Shown one piece after another: positions 44,959 to 51,028 of a stretch of DNA of 51,028 bases. The stretch's first letter is position 1; each line of letters begins with the position of its first letter. The stretch is from Deltaproteobacteria bacterium HGW-Deltaproteobacteria-1 (lineage in GTDB: Bacteria; Desulfobacterota; Syntrophia; Syntrophales; Smithellaceae), in NCBI GenBank assembly GCA_002840635.1, contig PHBN01000038.1, positions 1 to 51,028 of the forward strand, read 5' to 3'. Under the pieces are notes generated by a model, which was not told where the DNA came from, searched no databases, and saw nothing but the letters and a program-made list of their open reading frames with translations. A program made the position numbers and the translations under genes.

Positions 44959-47485
44959 TCAATGGGTCAGAAGCTTTTCCAGTGCCGGGAAAACTTGACT
45001 TAGATTTTCCGGCTGGCTTCCGCCGGCCTGGGCCATGTCGGGGCGGCCGCCGCCTTTGCCGCCAACGATAGGGGCCAGTTCCTTGATGATGTTGCCGGCG
45101 TGGTATTTTCCGGCCAGGTCCTTGGTGATCATGCACAGGAGCATTGCTTTATCGTCCGCCTTGCTGCCCAGAAGAATGATGCCCGACGCCATTTTGTCGC
45201 GCAGCTTGTCGCCGAAGTCGCGCAGGGTTTTAGCATCGGAAATGTTCACTTCCTCCGCAAGCACGTTCACGCCTGCAATTTCCCTTACCCGGTTCATCAG
45301 GTCTCCGGAATCCTTCGCGGCAAGCTTTCCTTTCAGACCTTCAATTTCTTTTTCGAGTTCTCTGACGTTCTTGAGCAGTTTTTCGGCCCGGTCATAAACT
45401 TCAAAGTGTCCCGCCTTGAACAGGCCCGCCGTCTGTTGTAATTCTTCTTCGGCTTTTTGAATGTGCAAAACGGCTTCCCGGCCGGTGACGGCTTCGATTC
45501 TTCGAACGCCCGCGGCAATGGCCGATTCATGAACGATTTTCAAAAGTCCGATGTCTCCGGTTCGCTCCACGTGCGTTCCGCCGCAAAGTTCCATGCTCAT
45601 TTCGCCCATTTTCACAATGCGTACGGTCGCGCCGTATTTTTCGTCAAACACCGCTGTGGCGCCCGTCTTAAGGGCGTCTTCCAGCGTGCAGACTTCCGTC
45701 TGAACCGTCAGGTTTTTGCGGATCATGTCGTTGGCGATGGTTTCCACGCGCCGAAGTTCTTCATCGCTGATTTTGGAAAAGTGGAATGGCTTTTCGTCTT
45801 TCCGGATCGACCGTTAAATTTGCTGTTGCGCCGATTTTGATTTCGCCGCTTTTCACCACGCCCTTGTGGACGATGAAGTTCTCGACCGGCTTTTTTGTAT
45901 CCAAAACGGTGAAATTGAAGTCAGTTCCTTCCAGGTATCCTGAGTCTCCTGACTGACCGCCTGATTCGCCGTAAAAAGTCGTGGCATCCAGGACAATTTC
46001 GGCCTGTTGCCCCTCGCGTGCAATTTCCGCCGGTTTGCCATCCACAAAAATAGCTGTAACTTTCGTCTGTTCTTTAGTTACGCCTTCATAACCGCAAAAC
46101 TCGCTGAGGATTCCGGAACTTGATACTTTCAGGTAGCATTCGGCGACGGCCTCTTCGCCACTGCCTTTCCAGGCGCCGCGGGCACGTTCCCGCTGCTGTT
46201 CCATTTCGGCCTCAAAGCCCTCATTGTCCAGCGTAAAGCCGTCACGCTTGACAATGTCCGCCGTTAAATCGGTCGGGAATCCAAAAGTATCATAGAGCTT
46301 GAAAATCAGTGAACCCGGCAAAACCGATTTGCCCGCCTGTTTGAGCAACTCTGTTTCGTCCTGCAAAATGCGCAGCCCCGCGTCCAGTGTCTCCATGAAA
46401 CGCTGCTCTTCGTTGAGAATCACTTTGGTAATGTAGGAGGCTTTATCGGCCAGATCCGGATACGTGTATTTCATCATGTCGATGACGATCATGGCCGCCT
46501 TGTTCAGGAACGGTTTATTGATGCCGAGCATTTTCCCGTGGCGGGCGGCGCGGCGCAGGATGCGGCGCAGCACATAGCCGCGGCCTTCGTTCGACGGCAT
46601 AATCCCGTCGCCTATTAAGAATGTGACGGCACGGCTGTGATCCGCAATGACGCGGACGGAGATATCATGATCAGTATTTTTGCCGTAGATTTTGCCGGAT
46701 GCTTTTTCGACAAAATGGATGAGCGGTGCAAACAGATCGGTATCGTAGTTGCTTTTGACACCCTGGATGACAGCGGTGAGGCGCTCCAGCCCCATGCCGG
46801 TATCAATGCTAGGCTTGGCCAGCGGAGTCAACTTGCCGGTTTCATCGCGGTCGTACTGTGTGAAAACGTTGTTCCATATTTCCAGGTGGCGGTCGCAGTC
46901 GCAATAAACATCGCATTCGGGACGGTCGCAGCCGGTGCCTTCGCCCTGGTCATAGAGGATTTCGGAACAGGGGCCGCAGGGGCCGGTTTCCCCCATCATC
47001 CAGAAATTGCTTTTTTCTCCCATACGGACGATGCGTTCCTTGGGCACTTTCATTTTTTCGTGCCAGATTTTAAAAGCCTCGTCGTCGTTTTCAAAAATTG
47101 TCACCCAGAGTTTATCTTTGGGCAGTTTGACCACGTCGATGAGATATTCCCACGCCCAGGAAATCGCATCTTCCTTGAAATAGTCGCCGAAGGAAAAATT
47201 GCCCAGCATTTCAAAGAAGGTGTGATGGCGCGCGGTAACTCCGACGTTTTCCAGGTCGTTGTGCTTGCCCCCGGCGCGTGCGCATTTCTGGCAGGAGACG
47301 GCCCGCGTATAACCCCGGTTCTCAAGGCCGAGAAATGCGTTTTTAAACTGCACCATTCCCGCGTTGGTAAAAAGGAGGGTGGGGTCATCCTTGGGAATCA
47401 GCGATGAACTTGGAACCCGCGTGTGTCCCTTGCCTTCAAAAAATTTAATAAAACTTTCCCGTATTGCGTCGCCTGTTTTAACCAT
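44959..47485 (-). pseudogene. alaS: alanine--tRNA ligase with an internal gap and frame change at ~45784
   Basis: N-terminal piece 45761..47485 (FTNAGMVQFK, class II motifs) and C-terminal piece 44959..45747 (ELCGGTHV, DHHA1-like end). The junction reads VDPERRKAI | HFSKISDEELRRVETIAN. About 39 codons, including the editing-domain H-x-x-x-H region, are absent. Confidence 0.85.
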
Positions 47486-48011
47486 CTGTTTCTTCCTCCG
47501 CTGTCTTTCCCAGTTGATTTAAGATCAAGCCCGGAGGGAAACCGCGTCCCATCAGGCTTTGAAATATTCTCTGTTTTTCTTTGACGTTATGCACCGCCGA
47601 TTTCTTTCCGGTCGCCCGTTTTTTAATCAAAATGGCAATGGCGTTTTCTTCCGTCATTTCCTGCCGCGCCGAAGCCACGGCATCGTTGATCAAACGAGCC
47701 GGTACGCCTTTTTCCTGCAGGCTGGCGATGATTTTTCGATTGCCCCACAGTTTGTTTGCCGCAAGATTTCGCGCCCACTGCATGGCAAAAGACGCGTCAT
47801 TGAGATACTTCAAATCGAGGAGTTTTTCCAGCGCTTCTTTTACGACGACTGCGGGAAATCCCTTCTCCCGCAGCTTTTTTTCCAGTTCTTTTTCCGAATG
47901 CGGCCGCATCGATAAAAGACGATACGCTTTTTGTTTGGCTGCCGCGAGGTCTAAAGATTTCACACTATGCTTCCTGCTCTTTATCCACGATTCCCAGTTT
48001 TTCCCGGACAT
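47478..48011 (-). CDS. recX: recombination regulator RecX
   Basis: 177 aa of helical repeats typical of RecX, between recA and alaS. An alternative GTG start at 47963 would abut the recA stop. Confidence 0.8.
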   Translation of the reverse strand: MSGKNWESWIKSRKHSVKSLDLAAAKQKAYRLLSMRPHSEKELEKKLREKGFPAVVVKEALEKLLDLKYLNDASFAMQWARNLAANKLWGNRKIIASLQEKGVPARLINDAVASARQEMTEENAIAILIKKRATGKKSAVHNVKEKQRIFQSLMGRGFPPGLILNQLGKTAEEETDG

Positions 48012-48860
48012 CTTTCTCTATAGCTGCAAGTACATCCGGATTATCTTTAAGGAAAACCCGCGAATTATCGCGTCCCTGGCCCAGCCGGTCGCCCTTATAG
48101 GAATACCAGGCTCCGCTTTTTTCAACAATGCCGTTTTCCGCCGCGAGGTCCAGCACATCGCCTTCGCGCGAGATGCCTTCGCCAAAAATGATGTCAAATT
48201 CCGCTTCCCGGAAAGCGCATTGCCGCCTGTTGTGGTTTCGGGATTGCCGAAAAAGACGCCGATTTTCATGCGCAGCTGATTGATGAAAATAACGGTCGTT
48301 TTGGATTTGCTGATGCTGCCGGTGAGTTTGCGCAGTGCCTGCGACATGAGGCGCGCCTGCAAGCCCATCTGGGCATCGCCCATTTCCCCTTCGAGCTCCG
48401 CCTTGGGGACCAGCGCCGCCACGGAATCGACGACCAGCACGTCGAGCGCTCCGCTGCGCACCAGCGTCTCGGCGATTTCGAGGGCCTGTTCACCGGTGTC
48501 CGGCTGGGAGATCAGGAGTTCGTCTGTGTTGACGCCGATTTTTTTTGCGTAGGTCATATCCAGGGCGTGCTCTGCGTCAATGTAAGCCGCGATGCCGTTT
48601 TTCTTTTGCGCCTCGGCGACGATGTGCAGCGCCAGCGTCGTTTTCCCGCCGGATTCCGGCCCGTAAATCTCCACTACCCGGCCGCGTGGAACACCGAACG
48701 TCCCCAGAGCAATGTCGAGGCTCAGCGAGCCGGTGGAAATGGCCGGTACGTCCGCCACGCGATCATGGCTGCCCAGTTTCATGATGGATCCCTTGCCGAA
48801 CTGCCGTTCAATCTGCGTGATTGCCAAATCCACCGCTTTTGATCTGTCCACCTCCTTCAC
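47965..48860 (-). pseudogene. recA: recombinase RecA with an internal gap and frame change at ~48211-48214
   Basis: N-terminal 48018..48860 ([41 protein letters not shown]). C-terminal 47965..48156 continues in another frame from [30 protein letters not shown]. About 39 codons ([12 protein letters not shown]...KNK.APP in E. coli) are missing. Confidence 0.85.
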
Positions 48861-48956
48861 CCTTTAATTTGTAATTTATTTTTCAAATATTTCCTGGATT
48901 CCAGATCGCACTTCGTTTGTCCGGAATGACCAGATGGTAAAATCGTTGCTGCGCCT

Positions 48957-49538
48957 TTATCCCGCCGGGAATGCCGCCAGTTTTGTATAAACTGCTCCCT
49001 GCGGCATCAGGCGGCTCTGAAACAGGACCAGTTCCCGGCAGACAAATTCTCCGGCGGTAAATGCGCCGTGTTTGGCAAGGGCTTCGCCGATTCCCGATAC
49101 TCCGCGTGGATCTTTGATCCGGGCCAGTGTTAAATGCGCCCGAAAAGGCCTGTCTTCTTCAGGAAACCCGAGAGCATCAAAATCGATGTCCAGCTGTTTC
49201 TGGAGGACAGAGAGTTGCGCCACATCGCCTGCCATGCCGCACCAGAGAACCCGGGGTTTGCGGGCATCCGGAAACACGCCCAGTTTTTCCACTTTCAGAT
49301 TCAGGGACAATCCCGATGCCACCCGGTTTTGCACAGCGGCGGAAATCTTATCCACGTCCTCCATCGAAACATCGCCAAAGAACTTCAATGTGAGGTGCCG
49401 CCCCTCCGGCCTCGTCCAGCTTATTTTGCCGCTTACATCGCGTTTCAGTTTTTCCTGCAGGCCCGACATTGCCTGCAAAATATCTTCAGGAGGCTCAATG
49501 GCCAGAAAGGCGCGGATATTTTTTTCGGCATTTGCCAT
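48957..49538 (-). CDS. thpR: RNA 2',3'-cyclic phosphodiesterase (2H family, LigT/ThpR)
   Basis: Two H-x-T-x motifs (HLTLKFFG and HLTLARI). 193 aa. Confidence 0.85.
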   Translation of the reverse strand: MANAEKNIRAFLAIEPPEDILQAMSGLQEKLKRDVSGKISWTRPEGRHLTLKFFGDVSMEDVDKISAAVQNRVASGLSLNLKVEKLGVFPDARKPRVLWCGMAGDVAQLSVLQKQLDIDFDALGFPEEDRPFRAHLTLARIKDPRGVSGIGEALAKHGAFTAGEFVCRELVLFQSRLMPQGAVYTKLAAFPAG

Positions 49539-50785
49539 CAGACCTTATCCTGTAAATAGTTTTTCAGCATCATCAGCGCCACCTCGGAGGACACCAGCTT
49601 GTTTCTTTTGCGGTCCCAGCGGAATGCATGATGTCGGCAAACCGTTTGGTTGCCATCGGCCAGCGCCACGTAGACTGTGCCGACCGGTTTTTCTTTGCTT
49701 CCGCCGGTGGGGCCTGCAATACCGGTGGATGAAAGGCCGATATCGGTATTCGCAATTTTGCGGACGCCTTCGGCCATCAGGCGCGCCGTTTCTTCGCTTA
49801 CGGCGCCGTGCTTTTCAATGATATCGGCAGGAACGTTCAGCATGCTGATCTTCGCTTCATTGCTGTAGGTTACAAGGCCGCGTTCAAAATAAACGGAGCT
49901 GCCGGAAACATCGGTGAGGCGATTGGCAATCAAACCTCCCGTGCAGGATTCTGCAACGGCTATGGTCAGTTTCTTTTCGGTCATCGCCCTGGCGATAATT
50001 TCTTCCAGCGTCTGCTCACCGTAGGAAAAAATATAATCGGAAAGGCGAGCCGTCACTTCATCCTGTGCTTTTTGCAGATTTTTTTGCGCCAGTTCTAGAG
50101 AGTCGGACCGCGCAATCAACACCAGATGGTTTTCCGGGAAAACGGGATAAAACCCGACGCTCACGTCCAGGTCTTCAAAATTTACATCCGCCAACTTTTG
50201 GTCCACCGCTCCTTCGCCCAGCCCGAATGTTTTAATGGTCTGTTTGAGTGTATGTCCGACGGGCTGCGGAAAATGTCGGCGCAATACCGGAATAACGCCT
50301 TCAGGCAGCATTCGTTGCGTTTCGGAGGGAACGCCGGGAATCACAAAAACCAGTTTGCCGTTCACCGGCAAAGCAAAGCCCGGTGCCGTACCAACCGGAT
50401 TGACGATTACTTCCGAGCCTTGAGGAAACACGGCTTGTTTGGCGTTATTCTCTATCCATTGAAAATTGTATTTGGCAAATCTGTCTTTGATGCCCTGCAA
50501 AACGGCCTCATCCGTGAACAGCGGCAGATCAAAAGCCTGGGCAATTGCGGCCGTGGTAATATCATCAGCAGTCGGGCCAAGACCGCCGGTGCAGATCACC
50601 GCGTCGGTGAGTGTCAGCAGATCATGCAGGCGGCTTTTGATGGCGGCAAAGTCGTCGCCCACCGACATCATGATTTCAACTTGCCAGCCCTGCAGACTGA
50701 TCTCCCGGGCAATAAACGATGAATTTGTATCGGCAGTACGTCCGCTCATCAATTCGTTGCCGATGGTTAATATTCCAATCTTCAT
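49538..50785 (-). CDS. cinA: CinA-family protein (MoCF-like domain plus nicotinamide-nucleotide amidohydrolase PncC domain)
   Basis: 415 aa. MKIGILTIGNELMSGRTADTN at the N-terminus and AVAESCTGGL in the C-terminal domain. Confidence 0.88.
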   Translation of the reverse strand: MKIGILTIGNELMSGRTADTNSSFIAREISLQGWQVEIMMSVGDDFAAIKSRLHDLLTLTDAVICTGGLGPTADDITTAAIAQAFDLPLFTDEAVLQGIKDRFAKYNFQWIENNAKQAVFPQGSEVIVNPVGTAPGFALPVNGKLVFVIPGVPSETQRMLPEGVIPVLRRHFPQPVGHTLKQTIKTFGLGEGAVDQKLADVNFEDLDVSVGFYPVFPENHLVLIARSDSLELAQKNLQKAQDEVTARLSDYIFSYGEQTLEEIIARAMTEKKLTIAVAESCTGGLIANRLTDVSGSSVYFERGLVTYSNEAKISMLNVPADIIEKHGAVSEETARLMAEGVRKIANTDIGLSSTGIAGPTGGSKEKPVGTVYVALADGNQTVCRHHAFRWDRKRNKLVSSEVALMMLKNYLQDKV

Positions 50786-51028
50786 AGAACACCTGTTAAT
50801 TTTAATAAGAACAATACCAATCCGCCGTATACACCGGCACCGAGATCATCGGCCACCACGCCCCATCCTCCCGGGAACTTTTGAAAACGGTTCAGCGGAA
50901 AGGGCTTCCAGATATCAAAAATCCGAAACAGAACAAACGCCAGCAGAAGATGCAGGCCGGTGATGGCCACCGGCAGCATTGTGACCTGAACGCCGGCGAT
51001 TTCATCAATGACAATCCGTTGATCATCT
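50782..51028 (-). CDS. pgpA: phosphatidylglycerophosphatase A, 3' part (5' end outside the window)
   Basis: ...IVIDEIAGVQVTMLPV...FRIFDIWKPFP...GGWGVVADDLGAGVYGG are PgpA signatures. Its stop overlaps the cinA start. Confidence 0.8.
   Translation of the reverse strand, partial: DDQRIVIDEIAGVQVTMLPVAITGLHLLLAFVLFRIFDIWKPFPLNRFQKFPGGWGVVADDLGAGVYGGLVLFLLKLTGVL

Overview
Chromosomal window with roughly 50% GC background. On gene content alone (inference) it looks like an anaerobic Desulfobacterota/Syntrophia-like bacterium.

Gene order, left to right:
- Partial ferredoxin gene.
- kdpA-kdpB-kdpC-kdpD on the minus strand. KdpD has no kinase half, there is no kdpE, and the leader carries a c-di-AMP (ydaO-type) riboswitch-like segment.
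- nth, then secG followed by tRNA-Leu(GAG).
- A 3.1-kb integrase-less island bounded by a 74-bp direct repeat of the tRNA 3' half.
- RNase D-like gene, a hydrolase and a SagB-type dehydrogenase.
- A cobalamin uptake/salvage block: FecCD permease, ATPase, B12 riboswitch fragment, TonB-dependent receptor, BtuF-like protein, then cobT-cobS-(CbiR-like)-cobU.
- mdh, followed by several Fe-S, membrane and secreted proteins.
- A GC-rich 7.5-kb cassette (28.6-36.2 kb): an ABC exporter with a PH-like/zinc-ribbon N-terminal module, a DUF1854 protein and two tandem cyanophycin-synthetase paralogues.
- CapA-like gene and PBP1A.
- An AT-rich accessory stretch (40-44.9 kb): a secreted nuclease carrying an A10 tract, a protein of tandem MshEN-type motifs, and a 0.94-kb ORF-free spacer.
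- The pgpA-cinA-thpR-recA-recX-alaS operon.

The best candidate for an uncharacterised system is the ABC/DUF1854/double-cphA cassette.

One signal cuts across the whole window. At least 12 coding or regulatory lesions are visible: internal gaps of roughly 40-170 nt, a 16-bp tandem duplication and homopolymer frameshifts. They hit even alaS and recA, so read-level validation is needed before any of them is interpreted biologically.

No CRISPR array, rRNA, integrase or transposase was recognised.
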